A stretch of DNA of 64,000 nt from Phaeosaccion multiseriatum (GCA_965112735.1 OZ218961.1:3100001-3164000); one strand, 5' to 3'; positions 1-23,463 are shown, counted from the first letter of the stretch. The notes: generated by a model not told the origin, from the sequence alone. A program made the numbers and translations.

Positions 1-557
1 GAGAGGGAGATGGCAGTAGACAGGAGGGGTGAGTGTTGCTGAGGGAAAGGGAGAGGAAAAGGGCAAAAGTCCATGTGTGTGGGGGAGGAGAGGGGTGGGT
101 GAATGCGCCTGTGATATTCAGTAACGGGGTGAGTGAGCGAGTGATTGAGATTGGGTGAGGGAGTGAGAGTGAATGAGCTAGCGAAGGTACCACACCTCAG
201 CCCCACAGAACCGCAATGCTTCGGCAACTCTTCACTGCAACGATGTGTGTCTTCCCGTCCTCACCCACTCCCGTACTGCCCTCGTGGTGCCCTTCCCCTT
301 CCCTTTCGTCCCATCTGAACCCACCCCTCGCCCTCTCCCTCTCTCTCTTCCTCTCCCTCTCCCACTCACTCTCTCTCTCCCTCTCCCTCTCCCACTCACT
401 CTCTCTCTCTTCCTCTCTCTGTCCCTCTCCCTCTCCCACTCCCTCTCTCTCTCTCCCTCTCCCTCTCCTTCTCCCTCTTCCCCCCCCCCCCTCTCTCTCC
501 CTGTCCCTCTCCCCCTCCCCCTCCCTCTCCCTCTCCCTCTCCTTTCGCGTTGACCAG

Positions 558-13418
<12,861 letters not shown>

Positions 13419-13421
13419 GGC

Positions 13422-13610
13422 GGAGGAGGAGGAGGAGGAGGAGGAGGAGGAGGAGGAGGAGGAGGAGGAGGAGGAGGAGGAGGAGGAGGAGGAGGAGGAG
13501 GAGGAGGAGGAGGAGGAAAAGGAGGAGGAGGAGGAGGAGGAGGAGGAGGAGGAGGAGGAGGAGGAGGAGGAGGAGGAGGAGGAGGAGGAGGAGGAAGAGG
13601 AGGAGGAGGG
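13422..13610 (+). repeat. (GGA)n tract immediately after the channel stop codon
   Basis: Direct reading. Confidence 0.95.
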
Positions 13611-16000
13611 GAGGTGATGCAATATGAAGCAGGACAAGCGGAGGGAGAGGAAGAGAAAGACGAAAGAGGAGAAGAGGGAGAGGAGGGGGGGCACAGGAGT
13701 GGAGCTCAAGAAGAAGCAAAGGAGCAGGAGCGTAATGTCTTCGGAGAGGAGAGCGCAGGCGGCGAGGTAACGTCGCATTGGAGTGACGAGGAACTAAGAC
13801 AATGCTTCTTGGAGCTCTCCGACGTGCCTCCTACTACAGTACTACAACAGCTTCGACAAGAAGCTGCAGAAGCGGCACCAGTAAAGGGCCTGTCAGAGGT
13901 CGTTGCAAGTCTGACTCAAGGCAGTGGGGCAGCCAAGTAAGGGAGGGACCGGCGTGGGGGCAGGGGCCTCGAGTCGAGGGCCTGGCCTCGGAGCCTCTCT
14001 CCAAGTCGTTGCCCAAAGACTACAGTTACGTCCCCCAAATCACGACCCTCACCGCCGGTAGCCTCGCCGCTAAGCAGCCTCGTCGCTCCAGGGAGGAAAG
14101 TATTGAAAAGTAGCCATGGCCCTTCGCCCTGGCTGGCGGGCCTCCACCCGATCGGCCGATCGGAGGAGGGTCAAGGGGTGCAGCAACAGCAGCGAGGATG
14201 GGGGGGGGGGGGAAGCGAACGCAGTCAGCATTGAGGACAGGACCAGCCAACGGCACTGTCGAGGATAAAGGCAAAGGTGCTAAGGGCAATTGAATGACAG
14301 GGGGGGGGGCAAGGGAATGACAAGGCATGAAGCGTTCTTGATGCATGGTCGCGCCGGAGGGCGGGTGGGTGCCTTATGCTTTAGAAAGCACACATGCATA
14401 GACTAGGAGCAATGGTAAGCCCATGCGCGAGGTAAGGGGGGGGGGGTTCAGGGCCAGGTGGCACGGGCCTAGGCTTGGAGATCGTCTCAGCTGGGGGAGA
14501 CCCTAACGAAGACGGACAAAGACGGAAGAGGCTGCAGCGTTCAGTATAACGGGCTGCTGCTTTAAAATATATCAAGGGAGGCACGGATAGTGGGGTAGCG
14601 ATGGCATGCATTACCGGAGGCAGCGATAGCATGCTTTCCCACTTGCTTGGCTTGTGCTGGAAGGAGACAACCACGGACCAATTAATTAAAATCAAATTAA
14701 GCGACGAGCGAAAAGAAGTAATTTGGCCCGAGCGGGTTCCTTAGCCCACCACCTGGGCCGGCCGCGCGATGCACCTCTGTCCAGCAGCTTGGGGGGCGAG
14801 CTTGCCCTGGCTGATCCGCCTCTGCCTCGCGCTGGCGGGCAAGGTCCTTCGCCTGCGATGGGGGAAAGGTGTGGCTGTGTTTCCATACATAGTGAGGATT
14901 TGGACGGTACGGCTGAGCGCGAGGCCAAGGTAAGGGATGCCGTCCTGGAGAAGGGGAATGATGGCTGTCGGGTGTTGGAGTAAGAGGCAGAGGTGATAGA
15001 GGAGATGAGTCGCTGGTTGCGCGCGACGGAAGACAAAGCTCGTGGCCCTTGTCGAGACTGCATACAGTGACCAAAGCAGACACATCAGGCAGAAAGAGGC
15101 TCAATGCGAACACATGCAACAGCGCAGAGGCAGGAAAGCCATATAATACTTCGAACATATATATTCACAGTGTCCCACTTGTCTCTGTGCCCCCCCTCCC
15201 CCTCGACGACGCCGTACGCACTTTGTCGTGCACTCCGGATGGGTGGAGGAGTCCGCCGCTGCTTTCAGAGCACTCGTCTCTTCCTGTCACGCACACACAC
15301 ACACACACACACATGGAGACGGCTCAGTAGACGTGGGGGGGGTCCACCGTCACACTCGGCACGGAAGAAGCCTGCTCGCAAGTGCTCTCCTCTTTGAAGA
15401 CACAGGCCATCCACAGGCAGTAGGGTAAGACCCCCGCCCTTCACCCCAAGGGATCATTCTTGACATCGACACCGTGTGTCGATCGTACCGAAACGATACT
15501 GCAGCTCCGGTTGCCTCTTTCTCCCCTCTCCGCCTCCATGCCCCTTTCTCTCGCGCACCTTAAACCCCTACTCTACCTCCTCTTCTCCCTTCCCTCCTCC
15601 AACCTCACCTCACCTCCCTCTTGCAGTCTGCTGTTCTTGGTTAAGCCTTAAGGTGCGACAGCCATTGCAAAAGCCCACGCAAGCCACATAGACTCCTGGT
15701 TGAACCTTACTGGTGCTGGAGTGGCACTGCTCGTTTGCTCCACTCCCTGTCGCGCTTTGTTACTCAGTGTACTCTGCCTCATACGCCCCGCGGGACTGAC
15801 CGATTATGACCGTCCAGCAGAGCAACTTTCAGCTTTCCCTCAATTTCAGGAAGGGAGCCGTTGCAGAGGCTCCTACAGCCCCGAGGGAAAGGACAAGTTA
15901 TAAATGGTTAATGGGGGAAGAAAAGTAAAGCAGGAGAGTTGTCATCCGCGGCCATCTGTGAGGCACTGGTCTGACCCCGGAGAACTCGCTGTGTGCTCGG

Positions 16001-18421
16001 ATGAGGAGAGTATGCAGTAGTAGCAGAAGCGGGGGGAGGAGGCACAGATGCGGGAGGCGGCGGAGAGCTCCCGGTGGAAGAGATGCTCCGTCTGGCGCAG
16101 CCCCAGCCCCGGCCTGTGGTCTCACTCCAGCGTATCTGGCAGCCTTCCACGCCACGGCACGCCAGCGGTGCTTGTCAAGCGGATGGGGTGTAACTTTCAG
16201 GGCGAGCAGTACCAGTGACGGGGCTTGTTTCTCAACAAGTAGTATTCCCCCTCCTGGAGATGAGGAGGGGGTCCCAGCGCCCTCGTTGTGGCTCGCGACA
16301 CTGGAGCGTTTGGAGGCCGCGCGGGAGGCCAGGGACTGGGAGAGAGTGCGCGGCGAGTGGGAGGCGGCGGTGCGATCGCCACTGCCCATTGACGCGCCTC
16401 TTCTCGACGCAGTCGTGGAGGCTTTCGGCCACTGCGGCCCATGTGAGGAGACGCTTGCCCTGCTGAGGGACATCAAGATGCAGAAGCACGGAGCGTTCAT
16501 GCCTAACGTCCTCCACTACAACACCAATATTAAGGCCTGTGGTCGGGCTCGGAGATACGATGAAGCCATGGATCTCCTTCGGGAGATGCCTGTAGTGGGA
16601 TTGCAGCCGGACTGCCGAACGTACTCGGCAGCGATTGTGGCGTGTGGTTTCGGGGGGAGGGCAGACCAGGCACTGCAGCTTCTTAGGGACATGCAAGCGC
16701 AGGGGCTTCCACCCGACAATCGCAATTTGAGCGCCGCTATCGCCGCTGTGGGTAGAGCTGGCCAGCCTGAAGAAGCGCTGCGGCTGCTGGAAAGAGTACC
16801 CGAGTACGGCTTGGAGGCCGATGCCGGCAATGTTGCTGCCGCCATCGACGTGTGCAGTCGGGCGGGATGGTTGGACGCGGCATGGGACCTGTGGGATGAG
16901 GTGATGGCAGGAGATATGGTCCTGGATATGTACCTGTACTCTGCGGCCTTGCGTCTCTGTGTCGCGTCGAGGAGATGGGACAGAGCTTTGGAGCTGCTGA
17001 GGGGCATGGAAGGGGAAGGCATGATACTCGATCGATACCACTACAATATTGCGATGGATGCCTGCGTCAAGAGCGGGGAGTACGACAAACCTCTGGAGCT
17101 GCTGAAGAGTATGAAGGAGGAGGGACCCGCTCCGGATGTAGTGAGCTACAACGCCGCCATTGATGCATGCGGCAAGGCTGGTCAATATATGGAGGCGTTG
17201 GGGTTGTTGAGGGAGATGAGGGAAGGAGGACCTACTCCGGATGTAAGGAGCTACACCGCCGCCATGGATGCATGCGCCAAGGCTGGTCGACACGCGGAGG
17301 CGTTGAGGTTGTTGAGGCAGATGAAGGAAGGAGGACCCGCTCCGAATGTATGGAGCTACAGTGCTGCTATTAATGCATGCGCCAAGGCCGGTCGGCACGT
17401 GGATGCATTGGGGTTGTTGAGGGAGATGAAGGAGGGAGGACCCGCTCCTGAAGCATGGAGCTACACCGCTGCTATTGACGCATGCGGCAAGGCCGGTCGA
17501 CACGTGGATGCATTGGTTCTGTTGAGGGAGATGAAGGAAGGAGGACCCGCTCCGGATGTAGTGAGCTACAACGCCGCCATTGATGCATGCGGCAAGGCTG
17601 GTCAATATATGGAGGCGTTGGGGTTGTTGAGGGAGATGAGGGAAGGAGGACCTACTCCGGATGTAAGGAGCTACACCGCCGCCATGGATGCATGCGCCAA
17701 GGCCGGTCGACACGTGGAAGCGTTGAGGTTGCTGAAGGAGATGAAGGAAGGAGGACCTACTCCGGATGTAAGGAGCTACAACGCTGCTATTAACGCATGC
17801 GCCAAGGCCGGTCGACACGTGGAGGCATTGAGGTTGCTGAGGGAGATGAAGGAAGGAGGACCAACTTCTAATGTTGTGAGCTACACCATCGCCATTGATG
17901 CATGTGCCAAGGGTGGTCAGTACATGGAGGCGTTGAGGTTGCTGAGGGAGATGAAGCAAGGAGGACCCGCTCCAAACGTATGGAGCTACAACACCGCCAT
18001 TCATGCGTGCGCCAATGCTTGTCAGCACATTGAGGCGTTGGGGCTCTTCAGGGAGATGAAGGCTGAAGGACTGGTTCCGGACTCAGTCACCTACACCGCC
18101 ACCATTATCGCTTTGCACGAAGGCGGCGACGAGGAGGCTGCTGACGAGGTGTACGCAGAGGCCGTGTCGTGGGGGGTGTTTAAACACTGGGTGGGGCTGG
18201 GGAGGGACGTGGACTTGAGACGCTTCGGCATGGGAGTGGGCAAGGCAGCGCTTCGTCACGCGCATTCAGAGGCGAAGGTGGAGAGTGTGATCAACGTCAT
18301 CACAGGCAGAGGAAGGCTGCCCGCGGTGCTGGCCTACTTGCAGGAGAGAGCAGGAGTCGAAGTGTGGGAAGACAAACACCACCCCGGGAGAGTGGTGATG
18401 CGAGTCGCTGGTACAAAGTAG
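16001..18421 (+). CDS. P-class PPR protein with degenerate C-terminal SMR domain (copy 1), intronless
   Basis: About 16 35-aa repeats (e.g. VVSYNAAIDACGKAGQYMEALGLLREMREGGPTPD). C-terminal VDLRRF...VITGRG...HPGRVV. R/S-rich N-terminus resembles an organellar presequence. Confidence 0.92.
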   Translation: MRRVCSSSRSGGRRHRCGRRRRAPGGRDAPSGAAPAPACGLTPAYLAAFHATARQRCLSSGWGVTFRASSTSDGACFSTSSIPPPGDEEGVPAPSLWLATLERLEAAREARDWERVRGEWEAAVRSPLPIDAPLLDAVVEAFGHCGPCEETLALLRDIKMQKHGAFMPNVLHYNTNIKACGRARRYDEAMDLLREMPVVGLQPDCRTYSAAIVACGFGGRADQALQLLRDMQAQGLPPDNRNLSAAIAAVGRAGQPEEALRLLERVPEYGLEADAGNVAAAIDVCSRAGWLDAAWDLWDEVMAGDMVLDMYLYSAALRLCVASRRWDRALELLRGMEGEGMILDRYHYNIAMDACVKSGEYDKPLELLKSMKEEGPAPDVVSYNAAIDACGKAGQYMEALGLLREMREGGPTPDVRSYTAAMDACAKAGRHAEALRLLRQMKEGGPAPNVWSYSAAINACAKAGRHVDALGLLREMKEGGPAPEAWSYTAAIDACGKAGRHVDALVLLREMKEGGPAPDVVSYNAAIDACGKAGQYMEALGLLREMREGGPTPDVRSYTAAMDACAKAGRHVEALRLLKEMKEGGPTPDVRSYNAAINACAKAGRHVEALRLLREMKEGGPTSNVVSYTIAIDACAKGGQYMEALRLLREMKQGGPAPNVWSYNTAIHACANACQHIEALGLFREMKAEGLVPDSVTYTATIIALHEGGDEEAADEVYAEAVSWGVFKHWVGLGRDVDLRRFGMGVGKAALRHAHSEAKVESVINVITGRGRLPAVLAYLQERAGVEVWEDKHHPGRVVMRVAGTK
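17138..18082 (+). repeat. Nine near-identical 105-bp PPR-coding units
   Basis: 105-nt period; about 17123-17283 recurs essentially exactly 420 nt later. Confidence 0.95.
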
Positions 18422-18662
18422 AACTGAGATGAGCCCTTTCACAACAATACATCCAGTGTTTTTGTTTTTATTTTACATGTCACAGCAGCTTCAACCTGAT
18501 GTGACGCTCTCTGCCTGTGTGACCTCAACACGGCTGATGGCGAAGGTTGCCCGGCCTTCCTCACTTCATTCAGCTGTTTCCCTCAAAAGTAGGCGGCGGA
18601 GCAGGCAGTGTAGACGGGTGCAGTGTTGTCGGTGTCGATGGTGCCAAAGCTCTACGGGCCAG

Positions 18663-19955
18663 CTATGCCTCCACCCTCGCATGCTCGACTATCAATTCCT
18701 TGCTGACGCGATTCAAGACGCGAAAAAGCTCCGTTTTCCCTGCACAACCTTCGCCAGCGTCAGCGCATCGGGAGCCGACACAAGAGCCGAGCACGAGCCT
18801 TCGAGTCTCGGGGTCTAATTCGGCGAGGACGTCATCGCGCAGGGCGGCGAGAACTGCACGGCAAGCGACAGGATCGGCGGGGTCGAGGCGCCCGTGCTTG
18901 CTGAGGACGTTGGCCAGGCGCTGAGGCGTCACTAAAGCGAGCACTTCGTACCGCGCCGCCTCCACTTCATCCGCACCCCCTCCTCCTCCTCCTCCTCCTC
19001 CTCCTCCTCCTCCTCCTCCTCCTCCTCCTCCTCCTCCTCCTCCTCCTCCTCCTCCTCCGCCCCCGCCACCGTCGCCGCCGCCCCTTTTGCTCCGCAGCCG
19101 CCATTCATCGTTGCGGAATTCTTGGCGTTCGTTGAACGCCGCGATTTTCCGTTTGAGCAAGCCACGGCTCCGCCCCACGGGGCACAGGTGCAGCTGCGGT
19201 GCACCACCACCGGGCCTCCCACCGCTATCCCAGTGGAGGTCTTCGATCGGCCTGACGACGAGTCCCTCGGCGAGGTTGCCTGGAGTGCAGCCGAGCGCGT
19301 CGGCGGGCAACGCCGGAAGGCCGAGAGAGGACGCGATGGTGGACGGGAAGTCAACCGGCAACGTCAGCATCTCGGCGAGCGTCCCGGTGGCCAGAGCAGC
19401 GGAAAAGGGCATCCCAGCCCGGGTACACACGTCGCGCGCACCGGTCCAGCCGAGGTAGAAGCTCCGACCCCCACTCAACACGACGCTGACGTCAAAGGCC
19501 TGGAAACGGAGGCCAGGGCAGTAGTGGATCCCGCGCTGGACTGGGAGGAGACCAGGCACAGCGGGGACGGCTGGGTGCGGGTAGCACCCACCAAACAGCT
19601 CGCCGTACACCTGGACCTGCTCGATGGTGGAGGACGGCGAGAGGCCGCCGCCGACGGCTGTGAAAATGCGTCGGGCCGGCGGGTCGAGCGCCTGACTCAA
19701 TCGCTGCGAGCGGAAGCCGTAGAAATCGTCCGAGTTTTCGAGGATGCCGGTTCGCTTGCAGTACCAAGTGGTCAGTGGCATCGTCACTGCTGGCTCATTG
19801 GCGGAGGCCCCTTGCGTTGGGCAAATTAGTATTGAAAAATTTGCTCCATGGACCTTCTCAGTGGCCACCCACGTTCGGCGCCCGCGTCCGCCGCTGCCTT
19901 GGTAGTCTGAAGCAGAGTCCTCTGGTATTTTCTCGTATTTGGAGAAGGTAGGCAT
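18663..19955 (-). CDS. rnl2: Rnl2-family (T4 Rnl2 / REL-like) ATP-dependent RNA ligase, intronless
   Basis: Motif I WVATEKVHGANFS, Ia KRTGIL, III VYGELFGG, IIIa FQAFDV, IV AEGLVVRP, V LLKRK. C-domain VTPQRLANVLSKHG resembles the T4 Rnl2 C-domain. Confidence 0.92.
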   Translation of the reverse strand: MPTFSKYEKIPEDSASDYQGSGGRGRRTWVATEKVHGANFSILICPTQGASANEPAVTMPLTTWYCKRTGILENSDDFYGFRSQRLSQALDPPARRIFTAVGGGLSPSSTIEQVQVYGELFGGCYPHPAVPAVPGLLPVQRGIHYCPGLRFQAFDVSVVLSGGRSFYLGWTGARDVCTRAGMPFSAALATGTLAEMLTLPVDFPSTIASSLGLPALPADALGCTPGNLAEGLVVRPIEDLHWDSGGRPGGGAPQLHLCPVGRSRGLLKRKIAAFNERQEFRNDEWRLRSKRGGGDGGGGGGGGGGGGGGGGGGGGGGGGGGGGGGGGADEVEAARYEVLALVTPQRLANVLSKHGRLDPADPVACRAVLAALRDDVLAELDPETRRLVLGSCVGSRCADAGEGCAGKTELFRVLNRVSKELIVEHARVEA

Positions 19956-20290
19956 CGTTTGGTAGCTTGTACCGGCCGGATGGGGTCATCGCCAGATGGG
20001 AGAAAAATCCTTGCACGTTCCCTTCCCCCAAAACCCACATCTGGTGCCTTCCTCTAGCGAAGAGAGTGATCATGCTACCACCAGCATTACCTTCGCGTCT
20101 CATACTGCCTTCCCAACTTCTTCCCTTGCCTCGGGCCGCTTCTTACAACCGTATTTGGGTGATCCCTCTTTTTATTCCTTTTACCACCAAACCAAACCAA
20201 AAGCAAGGAATGTGTTGGTACTCGCGGCCATCTGTAAACCTCTCTCTTTTTTCTCTTTTTATCAGCCAACTACCCTGATTAGGTCTTCGG

Positions 20291-22420
20291 ATGAGGAGAG
20301 TATGCAGCAGCAGCAGCAGAAGCGGGGAGAGAAGGCACAGATACGGGAGGCGGCGGAGAGCTCCTGGTGGAAGAGATGCTCCGTCTGGCGCAGCCCCAGC
20401 CCCGGCCTGTGGTCTCACTCCAGCGTATCTGGCAGCCTTCCACGCCACGGCACGCCAGCGGTGCCTGTCAAGCGGATGGGGTGTAACTTTCAGGGCGAGC
20501 AGTACCAGTGACGTGGCTTGTTTCTCAACAAGTAGTATCCCCCCTCCTTCTGCTGCTGACGACGCGTTCCCAGCGCCCTCGTTGTGGCTCGCGACACTGG
20601 AGCGTTTGGAGGCCGCGCGGGAGGCCAGGGACTGGGAGAGAGTGCGCGGCGAGTGGGAGGCGGCGGTGCGGTCGCCACTGCCCATTGACGCGCCTCTTCT
20701 CGACGCAGTCGTGGAGGCTTTCGGCCACTGCGGCCGATGGGAAGAGACGCTTGGATTGCTGAGGGAGATCCAGACGCAGAAGTACGGAGCGTTGATACCA
20801 CACGTTGCCCACTACAATGCCGCCATTAACGCCTGCGGCCGGGCTCGGAGATACGATGAAGCTATGGATCTCCTTCGGGAGATGCCTATCGCGGGATTGC
20901 AGCCGGACTCGCGGACCTATTCGGCTGCGATTGTGGCGTGTGGCTTCCGGGGGAGGGCAGACCAGGCACTGCAGCTTCTGAAGGACATGCAAGCACAGGG
21001 CCTTCCACCCGACAATCGCAATTTGAGCGCTGCTATCGCCGCTGTGGGCAGAGCTGGCCGGCCTGAAGAAGCGCTGCGGCTGCTGGAAAGAGTACCCGAG
21101 TACGGCTTGGAGGCCGATGCCGGCAACTTCGAGGCCGCCATCCAGGTGTGCAGTCGGGCGGGATGGTTGGACGCGGCATGGGACCTGTGGGATGAGGTGG
21201 TGGCAGGAGACATGGTCCTGGATGCGTACCTGTACTCTGCGGCCTTGCGTCTCTGTGTCGCGTCGAGGAGATGGGACAGAGCTTTGGAGCTGCTGAGGGG
21301 CATGGAAGGGGAAGGCGTCATACCCGATCGATACCACTACAATATTGCGATGGATGCCTGCGTCAAGAGCGGGGAGTACGACAAACCTCTGGAGCTGCTG
21401 AAGAGTATGAAGAAGGAGGGACCCGCTCCGAATGTAGTGAGCTACAACACTGCCATTGATGCGTGTGCCAAGGCCGGTCGACACGTGGAGGCGTTGGGGT
21501 TGTTGAGGGAGATGAAGGAGGGAGGATCCGCTCCGGATGTAAGGAGCTACAACGCTGTCATTTATGCATGCGCCAAGGCTGGTCGACACGTAGAGGCGTT
21601 GAGTTTGTTGAGGCAGATGAAGGAAGCAGGACCCGCTCCGATTGTAGTGAGCTACAACACTGCCATTGATGCATGCGCCAAGGCTGCTCGACACGCGGAG
21701 GCGTTGGGGTTGTTGAGGGAGATGAGGGAAGGAGGACCCGCTCCGAATGCAAGGAGCTACACCGCCGCCATTCATGCATGCGCCAAGGCCGGTCGACACG
21801 TGGAGGCGTTGAGGTTGTTGAGGGAGATGAAGGAAGGAGGACCCGCTCCGGAAGTAAGGAGCTACACCGCCGCGATTGATGCATGCGCCAAGGCTGGTCA
21901 ATACGTGGAGGCATTGGGGTTGTTGAGGGGAATGAAGGCGGGAGGACCCGCTCCGGATATAAGGAGCTACAACGCTGCCATTGATGCATGTGCCAAGGGT
22001 GGTCGACACGTGGAGGCGTTAGAACTATTGAGGGAGATGAAGGAAGAAGGACCCGCTCCGGATGTAAGGAGCTACAGCGCCACCATTGGCGCTTTGCAGG
22101 AGGGCGGCGACGAGGAGGCTGCTGACGAGCTGTACGCAGAGGCCTTATCGCAAGGGGTCTTGAATCACTGGAAGAAAGGGGGGCAGGAGGTGGACTTGCA
22201 CAACTTCACCAGGGCAATGAGCAAGGCAGCCCTTCGTCACGTGCTCTCCGTGGAAAAGGTGGAGGGTGAGATCCAAGTCATCACAGGCCGGGGCAGAGGC
22301 AGTGAGGACGGCGTCAGCGTTCTCAAGCCGGCCGTGCTGGCCTACTTGCAGGAGAGAGCAGGAGTCGATGTGTGGGAAGACGAACACAACCCCGGGATGG
22401 TGGTGATGAAGCGTCGCTGA
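20291..22420 (+). CDS. P-class PPR protein with C-terminal SMR endonuclease domain (copy 2), intronless
   Basis: Close paralog of 16001-18421 with a near-identical N-terminal half. SMR motifs VDLHNF, VITGRGRGS, VLKPAV, NPGMVV. Confidence 0.93.
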   Translation: MRRVCSSSSRSGERRHRYGRRRRAPGGRDAPSGAAPAPACGLTPAYLAAFHATARQRCLSSGWGVTFRASSTSDVACFSTSSIPPPSAADDAFPAPSLWLATLERLEAAREARDWERVRGEWEAAVRSPLPIDAPLLDAVVEAFGHCGRWEETLGLLREIQTQKYGALIPHVAHYNAAINACGRARRYDEAMDLLREMPIAGLQPDSRTYSAAIVACGFRGRADQALQLLKDMQAQGLPPDNRNLSAAIAAVGRAGRPEEALRLLERVPEYGLEADAGNFEAAIQVCSRAGWLDAAWDLWDEVVAGDMVLDAYLYSAALRLCVASRRWDRALELLRGMEGEGVIPDRYHYNIAMDACVKSGEYDKPLELLKSMKKEGPAPNVVSYNTAIDACAKAGRHVEALGLLREMKEGGSAPDVRSYNAVIYACAKAGRHVEALSLLRQMKEAGPAPIVVSYNTAIDACAKAARHAEALGLLREMREGGPAPNARSYTAAIHACAKAGRHVEALRLLREMKEGGPAPEVRSYTAAIDACAKAGQYVEALGLLRGMKAGGPAPDIRSYNAAIDACAKGGRHVEALELLREMKEEGPAPDVRSYSATIGALQEGGDEEAADELYAEALSQGVLNHWKKGGQEVDLHNFTRAMSKAALRHVLSVEKVEGEIQVITGRGRGSEDGVSVLKPAVLAYLQERAGVDVWEDEHNPGMVVMKRR
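21434..22063 (+). repeat. Six near-identical 105-bp PPR-coding units
   Basis: 105-nt period, same scaffold as 17138-18082. Confidence 0.93.
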
Positions 22421-22713
22421 TAGGAAGTAGAATGGAGAAATTGCTTTTTTTTTTCTTGTTCTTTTTTCCCCTGCTTACGTAACAACCGGAGAGTAGGTAT
22501 GATATCAAGCCAAGCCCAGTGACCGGGCTACTCCCCAACAGAGCACACTGAGTACCTTCCTTAAGCTCAGAACATGCACTGGGTTGGAACGGCGCTCATC
22601 TGATGACCTTCGCCATCCGGCGGCGTGTACTCAGCTGTGGTGCTCTGTAGCGTCTTTGTCGGCGAGTTGCTGCTTGCCGTTAGGTCATGAATCCACTGGG
22701 AGATGCTGGGTGG

Positions 22714-23463
22714 TCAGTTGCTTGCCGTGAAGTCGTGCATCCACTGCACAACGCTGGTCGTCAGGGCCTCGTTACGAGCCTCCACCAGAGACCCCTTGCC
22801 GCTCTCGAACACGCCGTGCCCGCCCTTGGGATGCATCTTCAGAGTGGGCTTACAATGCATGCCTTTAATCACGGCGTCCCACAGCTCTTTACCCTCCGGT
22901 GATCCCGTGGGTACATTTTTGGTCAGGAATGGCTCGTCCTTCCCACCCGAAATGGCCAGCACCTTGGCATCCGCCGGCAGCTTTTTGATCTCCTCGACGC
23001 GAGCCTCCTTGTCTTTGAGACCACCGCCGTACATGGGGTAGCCCATGAAGATTAGCCTGGGCGGCACCGGAGTCAGCTTCTCAGAAACGATGGAACAGGC
23101 AACACGGCAGCCAAAAGACCAAGCAAGGACACACCACGGCTCTGCGTCTTCCCCATGGGGGCATAGACCAAGAACCTTCTCGGCGTTCTTCAAAGGGTTC
23201 CAGCCTGACCACTTCGTGCCGCCAGAGGCGCTTCCGGGGCGAACGCGGACATCATATCTTCCCGTGTTTTTCAGAGCCTCTATCAAGTCCTTCGCAGCCT
23301 TGCCCAACTCTGAAGAAGACCCTGGCAGCACCAGCACGATCATCTTGTTTCCAGTGGTCTTTTTTTTTTCTGTGTGCTTTCGCTTGGCCTGTGGTTCGCT
23401 GGCTCCGCCACCGCCGTCATCCCTCCCGCGCTTGCTTACCCCCTTCGCCACTTTCGCCTTCAT
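22714..23463 (-). CDS. KANL3/Tex30-like alpha/beta hydrolase, intronless
   Basis: VLVLPGS, nucleophile elbow AWSFGCRVA, LIFMGYP, ISGGKD, GGHG. ATG at 23463 followed by a basic NLS-like stretch KRKHTEKKK. Confidence 0.75.
   Translation of the reverse strand: MKAKVAKGVSKRGRDDGGGGASEPQAKRKHTEKKKTTGNKMIVLVLPGSSSELGKAAKDLIEALKNTGRYDVRVRPGSASGGTKWSGWNPLKNAEKVLGLCPHGEDAEPWCVLAWSFGCRVACSIVSEKLTPVPPRLIFMGYPMYGGGLKDKEARVEEIKKLPADAKVLAISGGKDEPFLTKNVPTGSPEGKELWDAVIKGMHCKPTLKMHPKGGHGVFESGKGSLVEARNEALTTSVVQWMHDFTASN

Noticed and set aside
13941-15950. Short ORFs and a protein-like stretch (VLE*EAEVIEEMSRWLR) between the channel and PPR-SMR
   Set aside because: No recognisable domain or consistent exon chain; at most a decayed fragment.
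16232-22009. Long antisense ORFs (598 aa and 494 aa) opposite the PPR-SMR genes
   Set aside because: They are explained by a stop-free reverse frame of the repeated 105-bp unit; no independent domain signal.
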